64,000 nucleotides of DNA from Octopus sinensis (Eukaryota): contig NW_021833049.1 in the NCBI RefSeq assembly GCF_006345805.1, positions 1 through 64,000 of the forward strand, written 5' to 3'. Positions 11,961 through 25,155 of this stretch are shown piece after piece (positions within the stretch are counted from its first letter, which is position 1; the number at the start of each line of letters is the position of its first letter). Under the pieces are notes generated by a model. The model was given only the letters and a program-made list of their open reading frames with translations, did no database searches and had not been told where the DNA came from. Position numbers and translations under genes: made by a program.

Positions 11961-12600
11961 TTTGCAAAAACATGTCTGACCATCGGGAATTTTACCATGG
12001 TCTTCTTTAGAGTAAGTGAGGAGAGGTGTTTCAGCTACACAGATTGTCTTTGTTTCTGGCTCAAAGTGATGAACCCAACACTCATCCTGGGTTAGGAAAC
12101 ATTCTAGGAAACCAGCTGGATCTGCCTCAGACAATGTCAGATTTTTCTGTGGTGTGATCAGCCTAGTGCCATTTTGATCAGGTATCAGAAGATATGGCAC
12201 CTATTGAACAGAAACTTCCATCATGCCAAGTTCATTGTGCAGGTTATTCTCAACTCTTTCATGGAATATGCTTATAGCATTGGCTATTTGATTTATAGTC
12301 AAATGCCTGTCATTTATCACCATGTGGTGAGCATGATCAAGGTCTTAGTGGAGGGTGGTGTCATCTTCAAGGTTTTCCCTTCTCCTCTACCCACTTTTGC
12401 ATTGTTGATAAAGCTGGGTGTCCTTCCGTAATGTAGCAACCATGTCAGCATAAATGTTGCTGGGGGCTAAACCCTTTTTCTGCAGGTACCTGATAATGCC
12501 ACAATTCCAAATTTTGTCAATTTTCAAGAGAAGTCACTACTTGTTACTTTTGAAGTCTTCTTTGAACAGTCAAATGTCAGTTTACCTGGGAAGAAACAAT
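11960..12600 (-). mobile_element. Degenerate mariner transposase fragment
   Basis: FLTQDECWVHHFEPETK resembles the mariner TGDETWVHHFEPE motif. Confidence 0.65.
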
Positions 12601-13609
12601 GCAGTTATTAATAAAAGGAGTTGTAATTAATGCATGCATGATTTCACAACTCTAGAATCACACCTTCATAGTCAGCATATGAACTTTACAGCCCACCTCC
12701 TTTTTTACACACATGCACGTACACACACACACAAACAACAACAACAACAACAGCATCATCAACAAAAAAAAAAAAAAAAAAAAAAAACAGATTTCTGCAC
12801 ATTTCCTATCAGCCACATTACAAATTACAAACAATCTTTTGTTTAGTCAAAAGAAATTTTTGGATGAATTGGCAGAGACATTTGAGTATTGAACAAAAAG
12901 CTTTTGAAGTATTTGTTCCAGCTCTTTATGTTCTAAGTTCAAATCTTGCCAAAGTCAGTTTTGACTTTTGTCTTTCTAGCATTAATAAAACAAAGTCCGA
13001 GTCAAGTACAGGGGTCACTTTAACTGACAAACCCCACTCCCCAAATGTGCAACCTTCTGCCAATGTTCTTCTAAGGTTGACTTTGTTTTCTGTCTTTTTG
13101 GGCTCAATGAAAAAGTACCAAATTGTTACTGGAGTCAGTGATTCCAGCCAAGACCTCCTCCCATCTAAATTGTTAGCATTGTATCTAAATCAGAAAGTGT
13201 TGTTGTTGTTGCCATTATTTATCATTATAGAGTAATGTAGTTTTGAAGAAGCATTGTCTGATATATATAAATGATTTCATTTATTTTTTGTTTAAAGTCA
13301 AAACAAAGCAAGTTATAAAAAAATTAATAATATAGGTTGGTGGTTAGTACTGTTACCTGGTATCTTTTATCTCTTCTGTTTTAACTGTTTCTGTAATTAG
13401 ACTGTGGCCATGCTAGAGCACTGCCTCAAAGAATTTTTAGCCAAATGTATTGACCTCTGTACTTATTATTTTAAAGCCTGTACTCATCCTATCAGTGTCT
13501 TTTGCTGAACTGCTAAATTACGGGGATGTAAACACACTAGCACTAGTTGGCAAGCAGTGGTGGTGGTGGTGGTGAGGGGGACAAACACAGACACACATGC
13601 ATATAGGTA

Positions 13610-13780
13610 GAAGTATTGCCATGTCTTAAGAAGCTTGTTTACCAACAACATGGTTCTGGATTCCGTCCCGCTGCACGGCACCTTGGGCAAGTGTCTTCTA
13701 CTATAGCCTCGGGCTGACTAAAGCGTGGATTTGGTATATGGTAATTGAAAGAAGCCTGTTGTATGTGTTTGTGTGTGTGT
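13610..13780 (+). mobile_element. tRNA-derived SINE with CORE-like domain
   Basis: ttaagaagcttg...ggttctggattccgtccc head and caccttgggcaagtgtcttctactatagcc core. Confidence 0.8.
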
Positions 13781-14004
13781 GCATATTTGTACGTGCGTAT
13801 GTATATATCTATGTGTGTGTGTGTTTCTGTCTCTGTTTGTCTCCTCATCACTGCTTGACAACTGGTGTTGGTGCGTTTACATCTCCATAACTCAAAAAAA
13901 AAGGTCCTGGGGTTGATTTGTTTGACTGAAATCCTTCAAAGCAGAGCTCTAGCATGGTCACAGTCAAATGACTGAAACAAGTAAAAGAATAAAATAATAT
14001 ATAC

Positions 14005-14160
14005 AATGGGGTTCTTTCAGTTTCCATTTACCAAATCCACTCACAAGGCTTTGGTCGGCCTGAGACTATAGTAGAAGACACTTGTCCAAGGTGCCACACG
14101 GTGAGACTGAACTCCAAACCATGTAGTTGGGAAGCAAGCTTCTTACCATTCAGCCATACT
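14005..14160 (-). mobile_element. Same SINE family, inverted relative to 13610-13780
   Basis: Reverse complement of the head and core. Confidence 0.8.
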
Positions 14161-14187
14161 TGTGTCTATGTCAATATTCCAAAGTTA

Positions 14188-14600
14188 GAAGGTGGTGAGC
14201 TGGCAGAAACGTTAGCATGCCGGCCGAAATGCTTATTGGTATTTTGTCTGTCGCTATGTTCTAAGTTCAAATTCCGCCGAGGTCAACTTTGCCTTTCATC
14301 CTTTCAGGGTCGATTAAATAAGTACCAGTCACTCACTGGGGTCGATGTAATCGACTTAATCCATTTGTCTGTCCTTGTTTGTCCTCTCTGTGTTTAGCCC
14401 CTTGTGGGTAATAAAGAAATAGGTATTTTGTCTGTCTTTATGTTCTGAGTCCAAATTCCACCGAGGTAGACTTTGTCTTTCATCCTTTCGGGGTCGATAA
14501 ATTAAGTACCAGTTGCATGATGGAGATGATCTAATCAACTGGCCCCCCCTCCTGCCAAATAAATTTCGGGCCCTGTGCCTAGAGTAGAAAAGAATATTCC
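14188..14600 (+). mobile_element. Dimeric Meta-core SINE
   Basis: Two successive cores, as at 9459-9870. Confidence 0.85.
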
Positions 14601-14687
14601 AAAGTTAGGACCCTCTAGGAAATCTCTGAAGATTTATCATTATGTTATTCATTGGCCAAGTGATATAATTTGTTTTCTTTTTTTTTT

Positions 14688-14725
<38 letters not shown>

Positions 14726-14742
14726 CCTCTCACTTTTGACAG

Positions 14743-14944
14743 GAACATCAAAAGCAGAAATGTGAAGTTACCATGATTGAGCAGGCATTAACCATTGCAA
14801 CGTCAACAGGGACGACAGAAGCTCGAATCCAGATCCCTACATCCCTGTCGGTTGATGGCCAGCACATCACAATAGGGTCCCAACAGATACCCATGGACAC
14901 TTCACAGCAGGTCAACATCACTGTGGAACAACTCAACCTCACAG
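14743..14944 (+). CDS. C2H2 zinc-finger gene, exon C (not in ORF track)
   Basis: (ct)n tract+ttttgacAG; EHQKQKCEVTMIEQALTIATSTG...EQLNLT; G|GTAAGT donor; phase 0/1 joins B and D in frame. Confidence 0.85.
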
Positions 14945-15349
14945 GTAAGTAATGATAATGTTAGTGATGTTGGCAGCGACAATAATGATGATGAAATTTA
15001 TTCTGATTCATTATGTCTGTCTCTTGTAAGGTTTCTCGTTTTATTTAATTATTTTCTCTCTCTCTCATATTACCCTCTCTCTTTTCTGTCTTTACCGCTC
15101 CCCTACTCACTTATACTTCATTCACTCTCTTCCTCCTCCCTCCACTTCTATTATATTGTAAATGTATCTCTCTTCCCTGTACTTCTGTTCCATCATATTT
15201 TATTGTTTCTTCTCTCTTATTATCTTCTGTTCACTTATGTTTTATTATATCTCTCACCCTTTCTCTCTCTCATTTTTCCCTTAAATTTCACTCTCTCTCT
15301 CTCTCTCTCTTCCTTTCTCTACTGTTTCCTTACATTTTACTCTCTCTCT

Positions 15350-15655
15350 CGTAAAAAGCACCATCCAATTGTGGCCGTTGCCAGCCTCGCCTGGCCCCTG
15401 TGCCGGTGGCATGTAAAAAGCACCAACCGATTGTGGCCGTTTGCCAGCCTCCCCTGGCACCTGTGCAGGTGGCACATAAAAAGCATCCACTACACTCACA
15501 GAGTGGTTGGCGTTAGGAAGGACATCCAGCTGTAGAAACCCGGCCAGATCAGACTGGGCCTGGCGCAGCCTTCTGGCTTCCCAGACCCCAGTTGAACCGT
15601 CCAACCCATGCCAGCATGGAAAACGGACGTTAAACGATGATGATGATGATGATGA
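15350..15655 (+). mobile_element. RTE LINE 3'UTR fragment
   Basis: ggttggcgttaggaagg(g/a)catcc...ggacgttaaacga(tga)n tail; this sequence follows RTE ORF2 ends at 26350-27415 and 47970-48740. Confidence 0.85.
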
Positions 15656-15969
15656 TTTTTGTCTCTCTCTCTGTCTCTCTTTTCTGATCCCTTATATTTT
15701 ACTGTATCTCTTTCTCACTCCTCTTGTTCCTTTATGTATTTCTTCCCCTCTTACTCTCTTGTGTTCCCTTATATTTTATTCATTCTCTCTCTCCTCCTAC
15801 TCTTCCTTTCTCTTCTATTTCCTTATATCATACTCTCTTTCTTTCTCTCTCTCACTGTCTTCTTTGTTCCTTTATATTTTACTTTCTCTTTCCGTCTTCT
15901 GCCCCACTCTTCCCCATTCCCTTATATTTTACTGTCTATCTACTTTGTGTCTGGTCCTTTTATGTTTTA

Positions 15970-16359
15970 CTAGCAGGATTGCCCGGTGTTGCTCGGGTTT
16001 GTTTCGACCCTTTAGAATTGGAATTTTTGAAAGGTAAAAATTTTGCATTATGTAGCTTGTTATTCTCTTTAAGTGAACATTTTTCTGGTTGAAATACACC
16101 GAAAAATGGTGACACAGCAGTCAAAAAATCGTAAAAAGTAGGGATTTTCATAGAAAAAAAGCACCTTTTTGATGTAAATAATTTTTGGTGTTAACATGGT
16201 CCGATTTGAATTTTTTCTTCTATGGAATGAAGAGCAAGCCTTCTTCTATCATACTCTCAATTTTGGTCAACTTGCGCTGCAGGGTCTCAGAGGAGATAGT
16301 GTTAGTTGAAGGCTACCAAACCTGCCATACACAGACAACTTCAGCTTTATATTTTGAGA
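15970..16359 (-). mobile_element. Non-autonomous Helitron in intron
   Basis: 5' TCTCAAAATATAAAG at 16359; 3' cccgagcaacaccggg hairpin and CTAG at 15970-73. Confidence 0.8.
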
Positions 16360-17027
16360 TCACTATTTCACTTCACTTTGGTTCATTGGGTGCACAATGT
16401 CTATTTTGGTAGTGTGAGTGAAACACTGACTTGAAATTGGTTTCCTATCTGCACTGTGATGGGCATGAAATGGGGTTCATAGAGCACTATGTGTTGGACA
16501 ATTCTAAAAGCAACAAAAAGACAATACAAAAGAAGAGACAAAGAGGTGTTAAAATCTGTTCTGAAGATATTGTGAGCCTCACAGGTGAAATTTTATAACC
16601 TCACAGGTGAGGTGTTATAGCATATATATGGCAGATTATGGAATATAGCCACAATGAATCCTCTCACTCTCTTTTGTAGTCTCTTCTGCCTCTCTGCTTG
16701 TCTTCCTTTATGTTTGTATATTGGTTGGCATCCTTTTTGTCTCAGGAGACAATGGAGTTGCACATAAAATAGTCTAGTCCGGCTTTTACATTTCATGTCC
16801 TAATACATTTCCTGCTGTGGCTGTGTAGTCCTATCCTGGACAAACACTCCCTCTGGCAGGTGCCGCAAATGTAGCGAAGACTGTTCCTGGCTGGTTGTAA
16901 TGTCATAGTTTCTTGTTTTGTCTATTTAATCTCTAGCTATTCCTTTTCAATTTTTCATCTTTCTCTTTACCAAATTTTTCTTTGTATGTCTCCCTCTTTA
17001 CTAATCCGGTCCTCTTTTCACTTGTAG

Positions 17028-17803
17028 GAAATTCTGAAGATGGTGAAATAACGCTGACTGAAAGCAATCCTTTGGGTGGCTCCGAAATTGCTGTTGCATC
17101 TCAGACGGAGCAGTTTGAGGATATCAGTGCAGATCCCAGCTGTGTGCTGACTGAAGGGACAGGGGTTTCAGAATCGGTGGGAGAAGAAGGGGAAGTAAGT
17201 GGGGGGGAGAGACAAGAGGATGGAGAAGTAGAAGAAGGAGTGCTTGACGTGAAGGAACTTGGGCAGAATCTCACAGAAAGCCTGATGATGACGAAACATC
17301 ACATCGCGGTACCAATCAGCGAGGCTATCACAGTTAGCCAGGTGACATTCGTCAGTGCTGATGTCATGACAACATCAACGACGACACCAACAACAACAAC
17401 GATGGTAGCGCCTGTTGTTGAACAGTCATTGTCGGAATTGACTGAAGGTGTTGTGGAAGGGTCGGGTCTGGTGTTGGGGATGGAAGTGAAAGAAGCTCCA
17501 GTGGAGTCAACAGAGGCCATTGTAGCAACCACAACAGAAACGGCAATATTAGCAACAGCGGAGGCAGCAATTGCAACAGACACAGTGGAATTGACAACAG
17601 CAACAACAACAACATCAACAACATTGTCAGCTGCAGAAACAGTCATGGAAACTACTGCCGAAGTAGCAACTACAGCAACAACAACAACAACAGCCGCAAC
17701 AACAACAGCAGCAGCAACAACAACCACAGAAGTTGAAGCAGTAGCAGCAACTGTAGCAGAAACATCAGAGTTAGCAACCACAAATGAAACAGTAGACCAG
17801 CAG

Positions 17804-17841
<38 letters not shown>

Positions 17842-17938
17842 GGAACAGCAGCCGGAGCAACAAGTTACTGTTACTCTCACTGAGGTTAATCCCTCATCTA
17901 CTGATGGAGAGCCTGCAGCTAATATGGTGATCAGTTGA
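17028..17938 (+). CDS. C2H2 zinc-finger gene, terminal exon D (acidic, Thr/Ala-rich, polyQ)
   Basis: cttgtAG acceptor, phase 1, ORF to TGA at 17938; exons A-D total 1390 nt, i.e. 1 nt + 463 codons, with consistent phases. Confidence 0.85.
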
Positions 17939-18129
17939 GGACATTATTCAACACTTAGACTTTCTCTCTCACTTATCTTGTCATTTATCTGTTGTTCATC
18001 ACAAACTTCACCTTAGCTCAATTCTGTGTCTACCCCTTTTACCCATTTCTGGCTCATGAGTTAGCCAGCCAGCCAGCCAGACCACTCAATCAAATTGACG
18101 ACATCACATTGTTGGGAATATTTTGCTAG

Positions 18130-19200
18130 GCTGTCTCTTATGCGACATCTGGCAACAAGAGAGGGCTATTGATTCCTGGTATCAGATCAGTTTTTGTTGT
18201 GCAACAACTGGCATTAGACTGCTGTCTCTGTTGTCTTGGCACCAGGCTACTTCTTTGTTGTGTATTAGTTGGCACCAAAGAGTCATATATTTAATGCCTG
18301 GCATGTTATCAATGTTTATTGTCTTACAGTTGGCATCAGACTTCTGTCTGTGTTGTCCCGGCCCCTGGTTATCTGTTATGTGACAGCTGGTACCAAGAGG
18401 TCTTTTATTTGATGCCTGGTACTAAATCAACCTTTATTGCCTCACAGTTGGCACCAGACTGCTGTATTCCTGTTATCTGACGACACCAGACTGCTTGCAT
18501 CTTCTGTTGTCTTGGCACCCATCTTTTGTCTCATTTGTTGGGTGACAACACCAAGAGGTCTTTTATCTGATGCTGGGCACCAGGTTAGTCCTTGATGTCT
18601 GACTATTGGCACCAGACTGCTGTCTCTGTTGTTTTGACACCAGATTATTTTCTCATCTGTTAGGTGATAGCTGGTACCAAATCAGTTTTTGTTGCCTCAC
18701 AGTTGGCTCCAGACTGATATTTCTGTTACCTGACAGCTGATACCAGACTGCTGTTTGTGTTGTCTTAGCACCAGACTGTTGTCTCATCTGCTGTGTGACA
18801 GTTGGCACCAAGAGGTCTTTTGTCTGATGCTTGGCACCAAGTCAGTCCTTATTCTCTGACAGCTGGTAGCAGGCTGTTGTCTTTGTTGTGTGACAACTGA
18901 TGAACTGCTGTGCATTATAATAAGCACCACTGGACTTTTGCCTGTAGCCTATACAATTGACATTAGTGTTTTGTTTGTGACCCTAATAATGGGTGCCAGT
19001 GTTTTGGCTGTGACTCTTAGGGCTAGTACTAGCTGTGTATTAGCTGTGATTCTAACAGTTGGTGTTAGCCTATGTCTATGACCCATACAAGTTGTAGTGT
19101 TGGCTCTAACAATTGGCACTAGTCATCTATTGCTGATGCTACAGTTAGTACCAATCTTCTGTCTGTGATTCTAACAGCCAGTGTTTGTTTATTGGAAGCT
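18130..19200 (+). repeat. Degenerate minisatellite in putative 3'UTR
   Basis: Recurrent (gtt)ggcaccaga/ggtacca cores roughly every 25-35 bp, then ctaacagttgg-type units. Confidence 0.65.
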
Positions 19201-20164
19201 GCTCTCTAACAAATTGTATTATAAAATTAAAATAATATAAAAGTATTGTTTTTCGATGTTTTGTTTATCACTTTTTTTTAAATGTCTGCAGTGGTAACAG
19301 TGGTGGTAGTGATGCTAGTAGTAGTAGTAGTGGTTGTTGAGGTGGAGAAATAGTGGTATGAGTAGTAGTAGTGGTGGTGATAACACTAGAAATAGTGATG
19401 ATGTTCATGGTATTTGGAGTGGTGTTGGTGTTGGTTGTAGGAGTAGTGGTAGTTGTGGGGCTGGTGGTATTAATAGTGGTACTGGTGGTTATGTTAGTAG
19501 CAGTGCTGAAAGTTACAATGGTGGTGGTGGTAGAGTTGGTAATAGTGTTTCAATAGTGGAAATGTGGTGGCAGTATTTGTTTCTAGAAAGATGTTTTATA
19601 CGACACATTCTACCAGTGTCTGAAGTTTGAAAGTGTTTAGTTACAAAAAATTAATTTCTCAATCTGCCGTTCAAAGGGTAAACATCCGCACTTGGTACTA
19701 AGTTAGTAAATGCTTTAAATCTCTGGTCAGTTAACAAGATACTGTATTACCTTCCGTTATTTATTCCACTATTTTATAGTTAACAAGTTGCTGAATCCCT
19801 ATAAGTAACGGGGAGGGGGTTGTGGTCATTCACGTAATTTAATTGGTCAGCTAAAGGCCATGGCACTGCTATGGTTAGTTAGTGGTTAACAGATAATACA
19901 AACAAACTATATAAAAAATTATATGTATGAAAACAGAAACAAATAATTCACATTTAACTATGGGTAGATATGAAAGTAAAAATTGATATTGAGACTAGAT
20001 TAAATTAAATTAAATTATATTAAATTAAGAATTATAGAAATAGAAAGTTGATGAGCGTATAGGTTAGTGAATATAATCTAATAGGTTATAGTGATATGAC
20101 TAGGGGATGTGGTTTTTAGATTATTTACGAGAAATAAGGTGAGAATCGAATCAAATCAAATCAA

Positions 20165-20680
20165 ATCAAATCGAACCAAATCAAAATAGATGAACATCAA
20201 TGGAATTTGTATCCTTGTGGTACCAGTTCCGGTGGCACATAAGAAAACCATCCGAACGTGATCGTAGCCAGTACCGCAACGACTGGCCTCCGTGCTGAGG
20301 GCACATAACAAACACCATCCGAGCGTGGCCGTCCGCCAGCCCCGTCTGGCACCTGTGTCGGTGACACATAAGAAAACACCATCCGAGCGTGGCCGTCAGC
20401 CAGCCTCGTCTGGCACCTGTGTCGGTGGCACATAAAAAACACCATCCGAGCGTGGCCGTCTGCCAGCCTCGTCTGGCACCTGTGTCGGTGGCACATAAAA
20501 TCACCCACTACACTCTCGGAGTGGTTGGCGTTAGGAAGGGCATCCAGCTGTAGAAACACTGCCAGATCTGACTGGCCTGGTGCAGCCTTCGGGCTTGCCA
20601 GACCCCAGTTGAACCGTCCAACCCATGCTAGCATGGAAAGCGGACGTTAAACGATGATGATGATGATGATGATGATGAAG
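20165..20680 (+). mobile_element. RTE 3'UTR fragment with ~59-bp internal tandem units
   Basis: accatccgagcgtggccgtc...ggcacctgtgtcggtggcacataa x3; (gat)n tail. Confidence 0.85.
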
Positions 20681-21084
20681 GTATTACAAATGTATGAAAC
20701 CGTATATTGTAAATGTGAAAACGTGTATCTGTCTAATTAGGGGGATTAAATGTGCATTTACCAAAATATATGAGCAATACAGTGGGAAATTCTATGATGG
20801 AAATTATAAGTACAAATTTTTTAATCGATGGATAAGATATTATAAGGGATTAGATAAGTTGTTATTCATTGTTAGAATATGTTTATAGTATAATATAATA
20901 TACTTCATCAGATACAACACATTAAGTGCAAAGCGTTATGCAATAGTTTTAATCATCTAATCATTTATTTATTTTTAGACCACCTATTTATTTAGTTATT
21001 TAATTTTAACTTTAGTGTTTTTGTATGTGTGTGTATGCTTGTGTATGTGTATGTGTGTATGCATACATACATATATATATACAT

Positions 21085-21138
<54 letters not shown>

Positions 21139-21599
21139 CACATACATATATATATATATGTATAAAATATATATATAAAAATACAAAATGGGATAAGAAC
21201 GCAAAACATTCAAATAGAAGATACAAAAACGGACGGGTCATTCGAAGCCTCTAATCTTCAGTCAAGAACCGGATCATCCTCACAATTTCGGCTGATTAAT
21301 CTTGAGATTGCTCTGATCTGGCCAGCCCCAAGGAAAAACTAAGCTACGAGCATTAGATTTCTTGGAAAAAGGATCGAATGTATACGAAACAAGGAGAGAA
21401 AAATGGATGATGTTACACGAAAATAAATACAAAAAACAAAAAGTAATATGAATATAAATACATAAAACAATAATAATAATAATAATAACAGGACAAAAAC
21501 AACAGGCGTATTTCGACTTTAGACAATTCAACTTAGCTGGCGTGTTTGAAAAATAATGCCTTACGGCAGACGAAGAAATCGATGAAGAGGTGCTATCAT

Positions 21600-22860
21600 C
21601 TGGATTTTCTAATATAGTTGAAAATAACTAAGAAAATTCAGGAAATTTGTTGGACAAAATGGATGCTGTTCGAGATGAATAATTTCAACATGTCTTATGT
21701 AACTTTGGAAATCGCTTTCCAAAGATTTCATCCAGTAGTCATTGACTTCAAGAAAAAGTTGAAATTCCTTTTAAATATGGAAGAAAATTCGATATCCACT
21801 AGTACTTGAAGCCAATTGAGAGAGTACTAAATTAAGTGAATGTGCACAACAATCTACAAATATGGTGGTTGCGCTTTGTACTCGATTTAAATACCCAGCT
21901 CCATTATAAGTTTGTGCAATGAATTTTTGGCCACAATTGAATTCATTAACAAATATTTGAACTTCTGTTAGCGATTCAGCTTTTCTATTTTTACTGACAT
22001 TGGTGTATCCCAAAACCCTTTCTCAAGGTTTTTCCATCTCGTCAACAAATTGCAAGATGCATAACAATTGAGCTTTCATTCAAAGATTTGTAGTCTCATC
22101 AAACATAACAGCAACAAATAATGTTTTGTTTGATCATTTCACCTTCAGTTGTAGCAGCTATTCTATTAATGATCTCATTTTGAACATCACTTGAAAGTCC
22201 AGATAATGTACAGTTGGCATTTTTATTCATGAAATCTAAATATGATTTAAGGCAGCGAACTGGTGATCGTCAGCACACCAGGCGAAATACTTAGCGGTAT
22301 TTTGTCTGCCGTTACGTTCTGAGTTCAAATTCTGCCGAGGTTGACTTTGCCTTTCATGCTTTCAGGGTTGATTAAATAAGTATCAGTTACGCACTGGGGT
22401 CAATATAATCGACTTAATCCCTTTAGCTGTCCTTGTTTGTCCTCTCCGTGTTTTGCCCCTTGTGGGTAGTAAAGAAATAGAAATCTAAATATGATCTTAC
22501 ACAATCATTGTATTCTGCTACTGCTTCATATATAGTCAGAAAATTATTCTTATTGTCTGATTGTTCTGTTTCGTTGTTTTCCCCAAATGATAATTCTTGG
22601 CAAGCCAAAATTGCAATACAACAAATTAAACTTTTCAATATGTCATGATTTTTCTCTACTGATCTATTATGGAACTGAATGGGAGCAGCTCTCTAGTGAT
22701 CAATTGTTGTATCAATTTGTTGCTGCCCAACAGTTTTCAGAGCAATTATGGAATTCAGATGGTTCTGAGATTTTAGAGCTTTGGCAAAACTGTAATCAAA
22801 TTGTGCAAATTGCAGTGGCCAGTAGTTGTTCATGTGTTCTAATACTAACAAAATGACAGA
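21600..22860 (-). mobile_element. hAT (ZMYM1/DUF4371-like) transposase fossil, interrupted by a SINE at ~22250-22480
   Basis: QELSFGENNETEQSDNKNNFL, QTYNGA and CCAHSLNLVL motifs. Confidence 0.75.
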
Positions 22861-22889
22861 CATGGGAAACAGAACAATTCGTGACTGTA

Positions 22890-23035
22890 TTGTAAGAAGT
22901 TTGGTTCCCTACCACATGGTTCTGGGTTCAGTGCCACTGCGTGGCACCTTCGGCAAGTGTCTTCTACTGTATTCACAGGCCAACCAAAACCTTAGGAATG
23001 GATTTGGTAGACGGAAACTGTAAGAAGCCCAAAAG
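22890..23035 (+). mobile_element. CORE-like SINE
   Basis: ggttctgggttcagtgccactgcgtggcaccttcggcaagtgtcttctact. Confidence 0.75.
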
Positions 23036-23739
23036 AAAAAATATAAAATATGCGGCTTTTGGTGCCCCTCACCCCAGAAGAACACCAATCATAAAACATA
23101 CAGATATTTTCCATACACTTTTTCCTTGAAAACTCTTGTCGCCTTGCAACACCCCCAGAGGTGTTGATTTGGTGTCAAGGGACATAACTCTAAACCCTTG
23201 CTTGGCTCATTGCATCATCTTTTTCAGAGCAACCACAAACCAGATGTGTTTGTTCACCGCCAACAATGGAGAGCAGTCGGCATATTTCATTCCATAATTG
23301 CCATCTCTGAAGAGTGCAGGGTTACATAATTGGACTGTTACCTCTCAAGCTTATGATGGCATTAACTATGACGTGAAGGATATGACAGTTAGAGGATAGA
23401 GTAGAGACACTAGTGAAGAAAGAAGCCTTTATTAGGATCAAGGATCATAAACCAAGCAGCTCATCAGAAAATCAATAACGCTGTTAGAAGGGCTTCTGGC
23501 GCCCTATGGCGTCACCTCAGTGAAGACATAACATGGTTTATAACCAATAGTGGAAGAGATAGGGTTCAGTTTAACCAATTAGACATAGTGGACCTATATA
23601 TATATATATATCTAAATCGAGGAAGATCCTTTATAAGGCACTGGATTTCGTTAGGTCATACACCGAAGTTAGTGATGAGGGCATACACATTATCACACAC
23701 GCCAGAAGAACCCTTCTCTTCAATAAGGGGTTAGCTTGG

Positions 23740-23895
23740 GCCAAACACATTTTGTCGATCCCAAAACAATGAGAGGTAAAGTAGTTGATCATGCCGGCAT
23801 TTAAACTCATAATGTAAAAGCGGAAGAAATGACGTTAAGCATTTTTGTCCAGTGTGCTAACGATTTTGCTAGCTTGTCGACTTAATAATAATAAC

Positions 23896-23935
<40 letters not shown>

Positions 23936-24110
23936 GTTCTTTCAACTTAAGGCACAAGGCCTGAAATTTTGGGGGAAGTGACTAATTGATTACATTGACC
24001 CTAGTGTTTCTGGTACTTTATTTATCAACCACGAAAGGATGAAAGGCAAAGTCGACGTTGGCGGAATTTGGACTCAGAACGTAGCAATGGGGGAAATACT
24101 GTTAAGCATT
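23740..24110 (-). mobile_element. Two Meta-core SINEs separated by (aat)n
   Basis: Reverse complement of the head and core. Confidence 0.75.
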
Positions 24111-25054
24111 TTGTACAGAGCCCTCTTTGTAACTTTGTTTTCATGTCGTATCTCTTCGATCTAGACCCATTTAGTGGTGCTCCTACTCTCATGTCCTGTG
24201 AACATGTGCCTTAGCTCCACGACTCAACTCTCGTATTTCGCATCGAAGAACTGCTGGAGAGCCATTTGTAATACCAGCATATCGGTTGCGATACCATTTT
24301 TAACTGTCTTTTTCTAATTTTCTTACTATCCAACCAATCTATTGTTCTTTGTCATTACTTCTTTACTATAATCTATTGATTCTATTCTGATGACTCACCA
24401 CTACCTGACAATCAGCTCTCACTTAGCTAATTCGCTGATCCAATCACTATAGAATTTCTGTACTGAGACTGATGTGTTTAGTTACAGTAACCAGGTCTCT
24501 GGTTTTGAAGCCTGTTTATCCTTATACAGTTGCTTAAGAAATATTTTAGAAGCTCTCTGATTGGTTCATCACAGTACAACATTCCTGTGACATAACAAGT
24601 GCGAGGAAAAGATATTTGAAATCTCATATTGTGATAAGAGATTTGATATCTAAGTTTGAATGACCTGGTTTGTTCAATGTCTCACGGTTTCTTGTTTTGG
24701 TGAAAATAATAAAACATCAGGGAGGAGTGCAGTCAAAATAACTGACAACAATGCGTGACTAGTATATCTTTTATCAACCGGAAAAAATTGCAAAACAAAA
24801 TATTTATTTGTCCTTAAAAAAATGTTGTGACAAATGAAACACAATACAAAAAACAAATTTCTCAATGTTTAAACCAAGTAATTTGGTTTGTGTCTGTCTA
24901 TGGTAGATGTGTGAGTGCATGTTAGTTATGACAGTAGCAGTAGTCGTTGTCACTGTCGCATTCTGTAGCCGAGCTTCAGAAACATAAGTTTGTGCAGCTG
25001 TTGATCTTCTGATTTTGGCTATGTTTCGATCACTGACCAGTTATCTGATAAACA

Positions 25055-25103
<49 letters not shown>

Positions 25104-25124
25104 CCTATCTGTCTGTCTGTCTGT

Positions 25125-25155
<31 letters not shown>

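Noticed and set aside
19290-19570. Gly/Ser- or Val-rich ORFs
   Set aside because: Degenerate (GGT/AGT)n simple repeat
21225-21310. CTGAAGA/GAA motifs on the minus strand as a hammerhead
   Set aside because: GAAA and stems could not be assembled consistently
23150-24650. Possible solo LTRs or DIRS remnants
   Set aside because: Could not define TG..CA termini, TSDs or coding motifs
25015-25050. CAGATAA...GATC-GAAACATAG as a hammerhead
   Set aside because: Core and cleavage site too degenerate
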